DNA of 64,000 bases from the human T2T-CHM13v2.0 reference genome, Homo sapiens. The stretch is from assembly GCF_009914755.1 (NCBI RefSeq), contig NC_060937.1; one strand, written 5' to 3'. Under the pieces are notes generated by a model. It was not told the origin of the DNA. It worked only from the letters and a program-made list of their open reading frames with translations, and did no database searches. The translations under genes were made by a program, and so were the position numbers. Position 1 is the first letter of the stretch. Every line of letters begins with the position of its first letter. Shown piece after piece: positions 1 through 28,864 of the stretch.

Positions 1-1616
1 TGAAAATAATAATAAACTATGGGGAAGAATAAAGAAGGAATTGCCTACATTTAGAGGGAGGTAGAAGAACAAAAAGAGGAAAATATATAACTATTTTAAA
101 ACCTTTTTAACATAAGTCTTTCAAATCCTAGAAACTTGGGACTTGTGTGAGGGGAGGACCCTTCTCTCACTCTGTTATACTTTCTGAATGTTTTCAAAAG
201 CACTGTAGACACGGTGATGCTTAGAACTGGGGGAGGCCAGGCCTCCTGGAAGAAGTTTGCTGAGGGCCTGTGGATAGAGAAGCAGAAACAGGAACACAGC
301 CTGGGGCAAACATCGTGCGGATGATGGGCATCTCAAACACTGGAAATAAATGAGGCTGCGGGAGCAAAATTGCTGGTTCCCCTGCTGAGCACACCTGCCC
401 TGCTTGGAACAAGAGCAAAGATGTCTGGTGGGGGAGCCGATGTGAGATGGATGGATAGACAGGGCCCCCAGCCTGGGGGATGGGACCAGGGACCATTTGT
501 GAGATAAACCCAGGTATTAGCCCAGGGCAGAGGCTCCCAGCTGACCTTAAAACAGAGGCAGCCCAGCTCCACCCAGCACTTCTTCAGCAGGCCTGGGCTG
601 GGGGTCAGAGAACTCGCATTTCTAAGATGTTCTCAGACTGAGGGACCCAGTGGAAAAGCGTCCTGATTACTGGGTTATAAACACCTGAAGAGTTCTGAAA
701 GAAATGGGCCACACCCTCAGGATCCAAAGTCTTAAAGGAAAGCTGAAGAGGTGTCCTGTGAGTTCAGGGGCACCCCGGTGAAGCCTGGGGCTTAGAAAGA
801 AAAGAAGTGTTTATACCAGGAGAGCAGAGAGCAAGGAGCAGGGAGGGGCCAGGGCAGCCCCCAAACCGGAGCCCGAGGCCGGACCCTGCCTCTGACGAGG
901 AGCATGCCCGGCCACCATGCTGACCCCTGCATCCTTCTTTCTTTGTCCCTTGAAGCCCCTCAAAGTCCTTCCTGAGACACATCCCCTCCCAAGGCACACC
1001 CTGGAGGGTCTCAAGACTTGAAAATCAGTCAAGAAGCAGGCAAGGAGTGAGCTGATCACTGTAGTTAAAGAGACGGCACCAAAGACATTGTACAAAAGAG
1101 GGCAGGAAGATGTCCATGTGTCTGCACCAGACCTTCTGCGCCAGTGAGGGATGCTGCAGGCAAAGGCAGGGCAGATGGCAAGAGGGTCCCTACCCAGCTG
1201 CAGCACCCGGCAATGCCCACCAGAGCCGACCCCCTGCCCGTGTTCTGTGAGTCCACGTCGTCTGCATCAGGGTGCTGATGGCAAAGCCTCCGGGTGTCCC
1301 TCCGTTGCAGGGTCTACTCCTGCAGTGTGGACAGCAGAGACGGAGGAAGTTCTCCCAAGTGCGGGGAGGTAGGCTCTGTGGGAAGCCCTTCACTCAAAGG
1401 CACACTCATGGTTTTGTTACCAGAGCAGCTGAAGAATTCAAAGTAGCTTCTGAGAACTCTAACTGTCTGGACCATGCTATAGTAAGGGCTAAGCTAACTT
1501 AAGAGCCATCCAAAAAAAAAAAAAAAAAAAAAGAAGTGAAAAGGTGATTGATGTCAGATGTAAACCCAAGAGGGTAACACAGCAATGCTGAGACATCCGA
1601 AACAACTTCCTATTAG

Positions 1617-1955
<339 letters not shown>

Positions 1956-2717
1956 TGACCTTAAGTAATCCATCCACCTCGGTCTCCCAAAGTTCTGGGA
2001 TTACAGGTGTGAGCCACCGTGCCTGGCCGACGAGGCACTTTTCCCTCAAGTTAACAAAAGGAAAAGAGAAAAGAGAAACCTTCTGAAGACAAACAATAGA
2101 TAATTGGGTGAAAGATGGATGAATTCTCCCCACGTCTGTAACTCCTAAGAAACAGAGGCCCTATGTTCTGCATGAGGACATATCCGTTGTTCACAATCCC
2201 CACACTCAGCTGAAAACCACAAACCCACCCAGAGGGATTGCCTTTCTTCTTCTCCATTTGGGTACTTGCTCTCCAGCTGAATTCCACTTTAATTTCATCA
2301 GTGAAGGTCAGTTCAATTGGATAGACTGCAAGCTCTTTTCAGAATGTAAGGGAGGATTACTCTGTGAGAGATCTAATCATTTATTTTTAAAATACAGCAC
2401 TTGACTAAGAAAAATTTCCTCTGCAATTAGGATTTTACCCACTTCTATGCGATGCACCGTATGTCATTTTCTAGAGTGGATCTAAAGTGCTGGAAGAAAA
2501 GAAACAAGAGTCACATCCACTTAAAAAGCCATATAAAAATTAAATTATGATATGTTCACAACACAAAAGAGTAAGGAAAGAAAATAAAGAACTAAATTTA
2601 GTTTCTTTAGAGATAAACACTAAAATGAAATGATAGCACAACTGTAATTGCAAATGAATTTTCATTAAATGGTAGGAAGACTAAATCAGCTAATAGTTCA
2701 GAAGCAAAGATGCCCTT

Positions 2718-3123
2718 TGTTATGGGTTAAATTGTGCCCGCCCCCCCAAAAAAAGATACTTTGAAATCCTACCCACCGTACTTCAGAGTGTGAACTTACT
2801 TGGAAATAAGGTTTTTACAGGGCAATCAAGTTAAAATGAGGTCATTAGGGTGGGCTTCAATCCAATAGGCGGGTGCCCTTATTAAAGGGAGGGATTTGGA
2901 CACAGCCACACTGAGACGAAGATGCCATCTACCAGCCCCAGCACACTGGAGGTGCCGGGAGCGGAAGAGAGGCTGGACAGAGGCTCCCACGCAGCCTCAG
3001 GAGGAGCCAACGCTGCTGACACCTCAGACTTCTGTCCTCCAGGGCTGGGAGACAAGGCGTTGACATTGTTCTAAGCCACCCGATTGGTGGTACTGTGTTT
3101 CTGCAGCCTCTGAGAACTAACAT
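2718..3123 (+). mobile_element. MaLR solo LTR (MLT1B/C-like)
   Basis: tgttatgggttaaattgtg...tggaaataaggtttttacag...gaggtcattagggtggg...gaactaacata matches the MLT1 pattern. Confidence 0.75.
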
Positions 3124-4962
3124 ACCTTTAAAGATCCAGAGGATTTAGTAAAGCATTGTGGCACATACTCAATGTGCACCAAAATTAGTCTTACCTGTTA
3201 AAAAAGCCAAAATCCCTCACTAACTGTACGTGGATTCTGAGAAGGCAATAGAAGAGCATATTCACAATGTGAAGTAAGACACATCAGAGTTAGGTTTGTT
3301 GCAGATTTTACAAATTTCAAGGACGCTAACCAATCAGCCACTGTAATTTTTCAATCAATTTTAGCAGAGGGGATCTACTCCCATCTCCTAGATAGAGCCA
3401 CGCAGGTGTCACAGACTAGCTCACACGGCACAGAGACCCCCCCAAAATCTGCAGACAGGAACCACTCCTTAATTAAGATCTGAAGTGACTACTTACACAT
3501 TAGGAAAAAAAAAAAAAAAAAAGACCCAACAATAGCATTGGAAGATACATTCATCAGACCTAATCCTCACAATAGCCTTGGGAAGTAAGCTTTGTCCTCC
3601 AGCTTTACAGAAGAAACCGATCGTGAGAGGTGATGTCCCCCACCAAGTACACCAGGCAGGAGCCACAGAGCTGAGCCACGGTTCCCACAGGCTCCACGGG
3701 TCCAAGCTGCCCACCAGTACCTGGACAAGGACCCCAGCAGTCCAGAGAGGAAAGAGACAGCACAGTCCTTTATCTTTACTTCCTCAGTGGAATCACCAGG
3801 AATTGGTGTGCAAAATCATTCCACATTCTAAGGTGTGCAGTGTGGTTGTGCTGCACACATCCGTGTATTTTCAGATGGCTACAGTGCACTCAGCAAATCC
3901 ATTATGCTGGACTTAGGGGCATTTTTTCTACTTTTGAGCAAAAAGTGTATCTGGCTTCAACATGACTCAAAACCAGAATTTGAAGCAATGTATCTGCTGC
4001 TACTAAATTTAAATCTGCTGCTGCTCTTCACAACCTGCAGGAGAAGGAACGCATTTCTTCGCTGGACAGGATGCCTTCCCCAGGGGCTACCATCTGCCCT
4101 TCCAGCCTCTCCCTGACACACATGGAACTTCTGGGTGGCTCCCAAACGCAGGCTGACGTCACCAGATGCTGATTCTGATCCTCACCCTTCCACCCCCCAT
4201 GTCAGCCCTGACCTCAGAGCCTTGTTGCCCAGCAAGCCACTTCATTCTGTGCAGCCTCTGGGGAAGCTCCGTGGTGACCTCCGCTGGCAGGATCATCTGG
4301 CCCTGGCTCCTTTTTCATCCTTCATTGGTTAGCAGGTCAGTTTCTCCCGCTGGATGGAGAACTTCTGCAGAGACGGCCAAGCTGAGCCCTCCCCTCACCG
4401 CAGGGAAGAGCTGAGTCAGATGAGAGCAGGGAGGCCAATGTCACTTCCCCAATGTCACCAAACGTCAAATAGAAAAGTTCACCTGGAAGGAAGCAGTGGG
4501 GACAAAACCACCACAGGGCGACTTGTGGGCTCACAGACAGAGGCCCCGCTTCCCCAACACAACCACCTCTCTCCTTCCCTCCCTCCCACACACCCCAGAG
4601 GTCATCACAGCAGCTGGGCGTCCCGCAGCCCATTTGTCCATCCCCCACCCGCTCTGGGGGACCTGCTCCTACACAGCAGACCCTGAAACCAACATCACCT
4701 GCGACTTCGTCGTGGCCCAATCTCGCAGTCGCTTTAGCCTTTCAATCTACTTGTCTTGCACCCTGTTCCCCACTTCCTTCTTTTTGAAAATCGATCCTGG
4801 ACCTTCCCAACCCACCTGACCACAGGGCCCTTTACCTCCCCAGGGATCTCCCTTTGATCAAGTGGGTTTGCTCTTTAAATAAACTCCACAAACACCTGCC
4901 AGGTGCCTTGCCAGTTTTCATCTCTGTGCTGGTTACGTAGAAAATTGTCCACATTTCCCCCA

Positions 4963-6881
<1,919 letters not shown>

Positions 6882-7411
6882 TTATTTTCTCTAAAGTTGT
6901 GCAATGTGATTCAGTAAAATCTTTTCTTAAGTCTATGCGGCGTATATTTGGATATGCACAGAAAAAGTATGGGATGTGAATACTAAACTGTCAGCAACCA
7001 TCATCTCTGAAGGAATGAATGGGAGGGGATTCCTTCAGGTCACTCTGCGGTGAAGATTCCAACCTCTTCTTCCAGCATGGGTGTTTGAGCGCTGTGTACT
7101 CCGGGTCCTCTGGGTCTGAGTTACAGCCACTCGTGGGCGTGAGTTCATGATGACCTCAGCCCGCTGCTGCAGACCAACCATGGAAATAGACACTGGGAGT
7201 TTGGAGCACATGGAGATGGGGCCAGTAGGGTGAAAGAAGGAAGAGCAATGTGGGCAGCTGCTCATCCCTGCCCCGGCAGAAGTGAGAGCGGGACACATCC
7301 CCAGGCCACCTGCCATGGGATGGCTCACGTCCCTCAGAAGATACAATGATGTCCTAACCCTAGTGCCTCAGATTGTGACCTCATTTGGAAAGAGAGTTGT
7401 TGCAGACATAA

Positions 7412-10200
<2,789 letters not shown>

Positions 10201-11109
10201 AATCCTTTTCACGGAGTCCAACCTCTGTCCTTCCAGAGCAGGCACCTGTTCATGGTTTTCTTCATTCACGTGCTGTGTTTCCTGGTCTGGGTGTGATACG
10301 TGGCTGTCTGGCGAATGCTGTATGCTTGCACATCATGTGACGAGAGTCTAGATGTTAATGAGGCCTTGTCTTGTGGCTTCCCCTGATGCTGCTCCCTCAG
10401 GGGGAAGGGAGGGCACACAGGTGCCTCCCAAGGCAGGGGTTACAAATCCAGGGTCCTCACCTGTGCTCTACTGACACCCAAGAAATGGCTCCCTGTTACT
10501 GCCCAGTGGGTGGCGGCCCCCAACCTGGTCTCCACTGACACTGCAGTGGGGTGGCTCATGACTGCGTAGCAGAGGTGACAGTCCTGGCTCCCCACTCAGC
10601 CTTCTCTGACACCACCCCAGCAGGTCAGGGGTGGGGGTGGGGGCCTGGGTGCCTCACCGCAGCCTGGTGAGGGTGGAGGTCTCAAAGTCTAGGCTCACCT
10701 CTTGGCCTTCTCTGGCGCAGGTGGAGGTGCGACCACGCAATTTTCATGGTGTTTGGCTGCGACAGAACAATTGTCTGCGTTTTCTGTCCCGCTAGTGCCC
10801 GTTTCCTGGGGCTTTGGTTTCAGAGCTGGCTTTCGGGGGCTCTTATTCACTGTGTCCCTTGGCCTCTCTGGATTGCTGCTTCTTCAACACCAAGTCTGGG
10901 ATTCAAGGAGCAAAGAGAAAACCCAGAGCGGTCGCCAGCACACCCTGGACCTGCCCCGAGGTGCTGACAACTGCCTTCTCCTCTCCAGCTTCCAGGGCCT
11001 CCTCAGGCTGGTTTTCTGTGGAATGCCTTGCAGAGGGGGCTTGCAGGCAGACTCGGTGGAACCACTTCATCTTCGGCCACAGTGACTTTTTGAGGTAGAT
11101 ACTATTATC

Positions 11110-11510
11110 TCTATGTGTGCTGGGGCCACTGTGACAAAGTCCCATAGGCTGCGTGACTTAAAACCAAGAAATCTATTGTCCCGCAGGTCTGAAATCAAGG
11201 CATCAGCAGGGCCATGCTCCCTCCGAAGCCTGCAGGGGAATGCCACGCCTCTTTCTAGTCCTGGTGGCTCCTGGTCATGCTCCCAGCCTGTAGCACATTC
11301 CTCCGCTGTCCACCTTCACATCTGCCTTCTCGCACGTTCTCCACGCTTGCTTCTCCCCCATCTGCACCCTCTCACGGCCTCCTCCTGTAAGGACATGTGG
11401 GGTCAGGGGCTCACCCACCCCAGCATGACCTCAGCTTAACCAATCACATCCGCAACGAGCCAATCTCCGAACAAGGCCACATTCGGAGGTCCTAGAGGCT
11501 TGGATATCAC
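11110..11510 (-). mobile_element. MaLR LTR (MLT1-like)
   Basis: tctgaaatcaaggcatcagcagggccatgctccctc...ccgaacaaggccacattcggagg pattern. Confidence 0.6.
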
Positions 11511-11931
11511 ACATCATGCTAAAAAGTGGCAGAGCTGGGATCTGAGGGCAGACCTTCCCTGCTCCTGCTACAGTTAGTTTATCCCACTTAACACCTCTGG
11601 GACTCATCTTCCTCAACCAAATAATTTTTTAAAATATTAATTAATTAAGCGAAGGGAGGTCTTGGAGGCCACACCAACAGATGAGTATTACAGGTCGATT
11701 TTTCTTTCTTTTGGTTAACTCCGTTTTTGTATGCCCATCAGAGCCGATTTACCATAGCGATTTAGTTAGGTCAAGGATCAACATTTCACTAAAGGAGTTT
11801 GCAAACCCAAAGCCACAGCACACTCGTGGACCAGGTGGGAAGATTCATCATGATGAGAGCTTCTCCATCCACCTCTCATCGCACCATTGTCTTATGGCCT
11901 GTGCCTCCTAAATTTGTAAAGAAAAACGTGT

Positions 11932-11954
11932 ACACGCACACACACACACACACA
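11932..11954. repeat. (CA)n microsatellite
   Basis: acacgcacacacacacacacacag. Confidence 0.85.
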
Positions 11955-12164
11955 GAGGCATCTGGCACCTTTCTCAAGTATGAGAACAATGCAATTCACA
12001 CATCTTCCAGGCTCTCAAATTATGTTTGCAGTTGCAGTGAAAGGTTTCAAAAGTGTTAGCACACTCTCTTCTGTAGAGACGAGAAAAGTACGAATTTGTG
12101 AGCTAGCTACAGAATCTGTGGCTGGAACAAAGTGTTGATTCTCCTTGCAAAAATAAAATGCCTC

Positions 12165-12584
12165 TGATATGGTTTGGATGTCCCTGCAAATCTCATGTTG
12201 AGATGTAATCCCCAGTGTGGGAGGTGGGGCCTGGTGGGAGGTGTTTGGGTTATAGAGCAGAGCGCTCATCGCTTGGTGCTGTCCTCATAGCGTGCTCTCA
12301 ATATCTGGCTGTTGCAAACTGTGTGAGTGCCACCCCACCCCGCCGCCCCCGACCCCTGCTCTCTCTCTCTCTCTCTCTCTCCCTCCTGCTTTTTCACATG
12401 TGACATGCCGGCTTTCTGTTCACCTTCCACCATGATTGGAAGCTTCCTGAGCCCTCCCTAGAAGCAGATGTGGGCTCTATGCTCTTTGTACAGCTTGCAG
12501 AACCATAAGCCAATTAAACCTCTTTTCTTATAAATTATCTAGCCTCAGGTATTTCTTTATAGCAATGTAAGAACAGCCTAATAC
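12165..12584 (+). mobile_element. MaLR LTR (MST-like) with an internal (CT)n
   Basis: tgatatggtttggatg...aattaaacctcttttcttataaattatctagcctcaggtatttctttatagcaatg...ctaataca. Confidence 0.85.
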
Positions 12585-12902
12585 AGCTTTCATAAGGGGC
12601 AAATTCATCATCATGGTACCACTTGGAAAATGTCTGAGAAGCCCCTAGACGTGTTTAGGCAGGCAGTTAGAAAGGTAAGAAATAAGTCATGGAGTGAAAG
12701 GGAAGACACTGAGTTTCTGTAGGTGTATGGGTCTGTGTAGGGCTCTCTATTCAATTCAGTTTGTATACCTGTCTTCTCAGCGATGACACACTTTTTTAAT
12801 GGCTATAGCTTGATAACAGCTCTCAGCAGCAAGTAGGGCAAGTCCACTCATACTGTTTTCTTAATTTTAGAACATTTTCATCACTCCTAAAAGAAACCAT
12901 GA

Positions 12903-13412
<510 letters not shown>

Positions 13413-14449
13413 TAGGGAGATACTATGTATTATTTATCTATTCACCAGCTGATAAACATTGTGATTGTTTCAACTTTTTAGCTGTTACAAATAATGATGC
13501 TATAAACATTCATACTGAGGCTTTTGTACTTGTATATATGTCTTCAGTTCTCTTGGGTGTATACCTTGAAGTAGAATTATTGAATTGTATAGTGGTTCTT
13601 TATGCTTTTATGTAAATTTTTGGCCATACTTGTCAATTTCCACAAAACATCTGTTGAGATTTCAATTGAAATCACATTAACTGTATAGATTGACTTGAAG
13701 AGAGCAGACATGCCCATGGTTTCCATTTTAGTTCCGTACAGAAACCATAGCACAACCCTCCATTTATTTGAGTCTTAAAAAATGTCTTTTCCAGTGATTT
13801 CATTTTTCTGCACAAAAGTCTCACATATCTTATGGTTTTTTGGGGTTTTTTTGGTAACTTTTGGTTTATGTTTTGGTGGGGCATGGTGGCTCAGGCCTGT
13901 AATCCCAGCACTTTGGGAAGCCAAGGAGGACAATGACTTGAGGCCAGGAGTTCAAGACCAGCCTGGCCAACCTGGTGAAACCCCGTCCCTACTAAAAATA
14001 CAAAAATTAGCCAGGAGTGGTTGCGTGTGCCTGTAGTCCCAGTTATTCTGGAGCCTGAGGCATGAGAAACGCTTGAACCCAGGAGGTAGAGGTTGCAGTG
14101 AGTGGAGATGGCGCCACTGCCCTCCAGCCTGGGCAACAGAGCAAGACTGTCTGAAAACAAACAAGCAAAACCTGTTGAGATTTTGATTGGAATTTCATTG
14201 ACTTGATAGATTGTCTTGAGAAGAGTAGACATGTCCATGGTTTCCAGTTTAGTTCCATACTAAACTGGAAGTTCCATACAAAAATTAGCTGGAAGGTGTG
14301 GTGGGTGGCTATAAACCCAGCTACTCGGGAGGCCAAGGCATGAGAATCACTTGAAACCGGAAGGCAGAGGTTGCAGTGAGCCGACATCGCGCGCGCCACT
14401 ACACTCCAGCTTGGGAGACAGAACAAGACACTGTCTCAAAAACAAAAAC

Positions 14450-19190
<4,741 letters not shown>

Positions 19191-20194
19191 AAAGTCGTGG
19201 TGAGAGGCAAAGAGAATGATGTATGTAAATTCCTCAGCACAATGCCTGGCAGGTAGGAGGGACTTTAGTGCTATCACTGAAAAGTCCTGGGCAAGCCAGG
19301 ACAGCTGGTCACCCACAGGGCAGGTCCAGAATTCGCTCACTCAGTGTCGCCAAGGACTCAGGTTTTCCACCTTCCCGCCCTGCCCTCCTTGGAATGCTGG
19401 CTCATGTTCAAGTCGGATGCCCTCAGGGTTACGGGGCAGCTTTTCCAGTTCCAGGCTTCATGTGCACACTGGTCCCCATGTCTCTCACCTCTCTCTAAGA
19501 GCAAAGAAACCACTCCTGGAGGCTTCCCTCCCTCACAGCTTGGTGGCTATGGTTGCTACAGTGATGATAAAAAGCCACTCGTTCATCACAATCAGCAAGG
19601 GAAATGGGACCGCAGTGCTGAGGTTGGGCCCGTCTGGATTTACCTCCAGACCCGGAGGAGAACCAGCCTTCCTGCGTCAAGTGGCAGAATTCTATCTATG
19701 CCAGCCAGTATGAAGGTTTTGGGTGGCCCCCCAGAGCTGTTCTTCCTCCTTTCTCAGGACTCCAATGGCCTAACATGCGTGGCTCTGGGCACCTGAGTTG
19801 TGTTTCCTGGACCCGCCAGATCTAAGCGGGTCAACACCAGAAACTGCGCGTGTTCATGTGGTTATCCTCCAGCATCTTGCAGGTGCCCCGTGCATGTAAA
19901 GCATAGTCACATATTTGCTTAAATGAATTCAGTAGCCTTCAACCTATTGATTCTGCCTCTCAAATGTCTAATTAAATCTATACCCACAACCATATCACGA
20001 TGGTCCACGTTAGAAACTTCATCAGGCGCCAAGCTGGCTACCTAGAGTGTCTCTTAATTTCCGCAGATGCAGAGCTGCAAATGTTTCTTGCTCTTCTGAG
20101 CACTCCTACATTTGATTTATTCATTTGGCATTTTGAAGTGAAGGCAAGACAGTGTTATTGTTAACTCCGTGCTTTTCTTTAAAATGTTTCTTTG

Positions 20195-22078
<1,884 letters not shown>

Positions 22079-22439
22079 CTATGATCCTTTCATTAATAAG
22101 ATAGAATTCCATAATTCTTTATTGGTTTAAGTTTTATCTTCATCAGAAGTTCTACTTGAAGGATCAGACCTAAATACAAACCATCTGATAATGACAGCTC
22201 TGGGCTAAACTGCAGGGCCCCTGGAACAGAATGTCATCTGAAGGAACTCAAGTTGGGGACATTTCCCAACACAGTCATCCTAGAGACAGTAGAGGGCACT
22301 ACAGGCAAATATTAAACTAAAAAGTAAATGTCCCGTCAGGAAACAACTTGGAGTATTAGGTGTCGTACGTAATACAACAATGTAAAATTTCTCATGCTCA
22401 AAGCTAAATGAGTGTTTTCTGTTTAAGTTCTTAATGTTC

Positions 22440-22652
22440 TAGAGCTCTACTATTCAATATGGCAGACACCAACCACACATGCGTATTTAAATTTAAATTA
22501 ATGAAAATGTAATAAAATTTAAAATTCAGCTCTTCAGTTGTACCAGCCACATTTCTTGTGCTCAACAGATATGTGGCTAGTGGCTACTATATAGGACAGT
22601 GCGGGCACAGAACATTTCCTTCATCACAGAAAGTTCTAGTAGACAGCACTGC
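22440..22652 (-). mobile_element. MER3 (hAT-Charlie DNA transposon)
   Basis: atgtggctagtggctactatataggacagtgc...acatttccttcatcacagaaagttcta..gacagcactg is the reverse of the MER3 consensus. Confidence 0.75.
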
Positions 22653-22681
22653 TGAAGTCTCAGTTTCCATTATATATTACA

Positions 22682-24259
<1,578 letters not shown>

Positions 24260-25000
24260 CAATTCACTAAGAGTAACTGAGAAATAGGAACTATTCTAGC
24301 ATGGAGGCTGCACTCCTCAGCTTATGGAGACTGTCATGTATACCAATGACATCTGTGGAAATGAAGTCACCTGGCTTCTAATCAGGTGAAGTCACCTAGC
24401 CACCCTTCTCTAATTTTCACTTTGGAGAAAAACTTAACAAAAGGTACAGGGGAGATATTTGTCTCTGTATCATTTACAACTTGCTGTATACAAATTACAG
24501 ACTACTGAGAATCCTCGAGAACATTACTATGCATCTTAAGAGAGCTTTTTAATTATTTATTTTTTTTTAGGAACAGGGTTTAGCTCGGTTGCCCAGGCTG
24601 GAGTGCAGTGGCATATTCCTAGCTCACTGTAAATATAAACTCCTGGATTCAAGTGATCCTGTTATCTATCCCAACCTCCTGAGGAACCAGGACTACAGGC
24701 ACGTTGCCACCATGCCAGGCTAATTTTTACATTTTTTGTACAGATGCAGTCTTGCTGTGTTGTCCAGGCTGGTCTTGAACTCCTGACCTCAAACAATCCT
24801 ACTGCCTCAGGCTCTCAAAGTTCTGGCCCTGGCTCTCATCTTAGAAAGCTTTAAAACAATATTTTAAAAGCTACAAACTGGCTGGGTATGGTGGCTCATG
24901 ACTATAATCCCAGCACTTTGGGAGGCTGAGGTGGATGGATTGCTTCAGTCCAGGAGTTTGAGACCAGCCTGAGCAACATAGTGAAACCTAGTCTCTACTA

Positions 25001-25255
<255 letters not shown>

Positions 25256-27261
25256 CTAGAGCTTAGAGAAACATTGAAGTTTATCTAATCCAAATATTTC
25301 ATTTTTTGATGATAAAAAAACTCTGTGAACCAAAAAGTTTAAGTAACTCTCTTAAATTCTTAAAGCTGAGGAATTGGAACTTTAAATCCAAACTCAACCT
25401 GGTGCTTTTTCCTTTAGGTTATGATTCTATTAGAGGTTTTTATTGAAAATGTGGGCCTTCTAGATTCTTTGAGATTGGAGCTCTGAAGAAAAGCCTATCA
25501 CTTCATGTATTATGATTGATATGTAATACAGAAGTGCACACACACAGCTGTGTTTCGCTCCCTCTCAGTCTGACTTTCTGAACTGCATAGGGATCAGAAA
25601 GGTGAATTCCATGCTCTCAGATCCTCTGGTTCAATGTGGCTTGTTTTGGTAAATGCAGGGAGAATGGATGGGAAAAAATCGATGGAGAAATACATGTCTC
25701 CATCCAAATGTGAGTTTGATGTAGGAGAAAATGAACAAGAATACCCCGACAGCACCACATGCACGTGTGAGGAACATGGGAAGGGCCGGGGTCGTCTGAG
25801 ATGCTGATAACGAGCTTGCTCCCCGGCCCCCCACGCTGACCTGCGGAGCTGCAGTGGGAGTGAAGTTGCAGAGGCAGCTCTGTGCTCCTCCAGGGGTCCT
25901 GCCTGTATCTCCCCCACCGCCCCTGAGGGTGCTGCCGCTGCTGCAACCGGCAGCTGAGAGAGAAGGCTGAGGAGAGAAGCGTCCCAGCCATGGTCAAGCA
26001 GATCAATAACTGCATCAACATTTTCGTTGATCATTTGTGCTTTTGAAAAATATGCTGAATCATGGCAATCACTTAGAAAATAGATGACTTAATTTTTATG
26101 GGTAACAACATGTACCTTTGTGCTTCTGCCTTTCAAAAAAGCCCCCAGGGGAACTAAGTCTACCCAAGCCTGACCGGTTCTTCCTTAAGTCTGAAAGATA
26201 AAGTTTGCCTGATCCTGGAGATAAATTTTATTTTTTCCTCTGGCTGTATCCCATAACCATATTCCTCTTCATCATAAAGCTGAAAATAATGGGTAAAGTG
26301 TGACAACGAAGACCTCATCTCCCCGTTTCCACTAGGCAGGAAGAACAGCACCTCCTACGAACATAATTAAATTAATAAGAATGTAATTATTTGTTAGTGT
26401 TATGTTAATTCCAGTCCCTTCATGCTTACTCAATGTTTGGTTTCTTTTCTTCAGTAACTCCCCTTAATTCTGAAAAATTACAGTCACACTCACAGAGACA
26501 GAGAGTGAAATGGTAGGCACCAGGGACTGGGGGAGGGAAGAACCAGGGAGTCAGTGTTTTATGGGTAGAGTTTCTGATTAAAATAATGAAAAGTTCTAGA
26601 GGTGGACAGTGGTGATAGCTGCACAATGGTGTGAATGCAGTTCATGCCACTGAACTGTACACTTAAAACTGATTAAAATGCTAACATTTATGTTATGTAT
26701 ATTTTACCACAATAATAAAATAATTTTTAAAAATCAGTCTGGGTGCAGTGGCTCATGCCTGTAATCCTAGCACTTTGGGAGGCCAAGGTGGGAGGGTTGC
26801 TTAAGGCCAAGAGTTGAAGACCAATCCGGCCAACATAGCAAGACCCCATCTCTAAAATGAATAAAAAGACAAAAAACAAAACTGCACTAAATAGACCGAA
26901 AGGCTATTTTGTACAAGAAAATGTGCTTTAAAAAAATATGTAAGTTTCACCAAAAGAAATTGAGCAGGTCCGGGTGCCTTCCCCGCCAGGCCCTGAGAAC
27001 CAGGTGGGGCGGATCTGGTTTGCGGCTCTCCACCCGGGAAGCTGACACCTGCCAGGGCGCATGCTCCACGGTTCTGCTGAATCAAGCTTCAGCCAAGCAT
27101 TTCTCCGGGTTTGTCCTTGTCTAAAACTATGAGAAACCTGGAGATCATGGGTCCACAAATAAATACATAAGAGGCGTCCCATGTGACAGGAGAGGTGGCC
27201 TGGCAGAAACGTGGAAAGGGAAAACGCAGAGAAATTCTGTCGAGAACCAAAACGCTTAGAC

Positions 27262-27466
27262 CAAGCTCGTCCAACCCGAGGCCCACGGGCCACATGTGGC
27301 CCAGGAGGGCTTTGAATGAGGCCCAACACAAATTCGTAAACTTTCTTAAAACATTATGAGTTTTTTAGTTCATCAGCTGTCGTTTGTGTTAGTGTATTTT
27401 ATGTGTGGCCCAAGACAATTCTTCTTCCAATGGGGCCCCCAGAAGCCAAAAGATCAGACACCCCTG
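27262..27466 (-). mobile_element. MER30 (hAT DNA transposon)
   Basis: Matches the MER30 pattern; perfect 8-bp TSD gcttagac at 27254-27261 and 27467-27474. Confidence 0.9.
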
Positions 27467-28420
27467 GCTTAGACAAAAGGAGCAAAGCAAGGCCAGAAAG
27501 AGGTCGCTCAGTGTCTCCCTTCCTGAGCAGGCTCCTGGCATGCCATGTCTCAGCATAAATTCGGCCACAGAGATCAATTTTGGGAACTTGGACTGAATCA
27601 TTTCTGTGGAGGACATCTTCCCACAGGCTGTGGGAAAGTACAGAGACAAACTCCTGAGCACCGCAGGAAATGTGAGCAGGGTCCCCAGAGGGGCCAGGGT
27701 TTTAGGGCCAGAGTGCTCAAGAACTTTGAGAATGTGGCCTCAGGCCGGGTACACAGAGCACAACTCGTGGGAGACTGGGCTGGGATTAGGAGAAGGTTCT
27801 GGAGACAGAGCTGGACTTCCATCATGAATCCCCGGACCTCACCACCAGCTACCCTCTCCCTGGGATGAGAAGATGCTAGTTAGTTTTGCTTTTAATTTTG
27901 TGTTTTGCCTGGTCACACATGTCCTCTCTTATTTGTGATCGAATGGCTAATCTTTAGTCTATGTGACCTCCACTTGGATGTAGCAAAATCAAGTTTCAAT
28001 CACAAAGAAAATGTAAGTTCTGCCACTTGTTTCTGAATATTGTTCCTGAAGAATGAGGTGCCAGGCCTTTCACATGGAGACTGAAGCTGAGGGGGCCAAC
28101 CAGCACCAGACCTACCCCGCTGCCCGGAGCAGGCAGAAGCCACACACAGGACTGGCCACGGGAGGAACAATGAGACCCTGAGCCACAACATTCAGAGCAA
28201 GAAAGGCCACGCATACCAAACCCCGCCTCCTAACTTTACACACGAGAAAGCAGAGGGAGGCTGAGAGGGGAGGATTGCTTGAGCCCAGGAGTTTGAGGTT
28301 ATAGTGAGCTTTGATTCCCCCTCTGGACTCCAGCCAGGGTGACAGAGTGAGACCCTGTCTCAAAAAAGAAAGAAAAAATAAGAAAAACAATCACATATCC
28401 CTTTTGTCAGCAGAGCGTAA

Positions 28421-28725
<305 letters not shown>

Positions 28726-28864
28726 TAAGCATGTTGGCCAGGCTGGTTTCAAACTCCTGACCTCAGGTGATCCACCCACCTCGGCCTCCCAAAGTGCTGG
28801 GCTTACAGGCGTGAGCCACTGTACCCAGCCTTCTGCCTTTTTGTCCCTTTTTTTACCCTTGGTG

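Noticed and set aside
19216-19796. 165-aa and 150-aa plus-strand ORFs
   Set aside because: No recognisable domain or convincing splice structure; they lie in degenerate repeat-like sequence.
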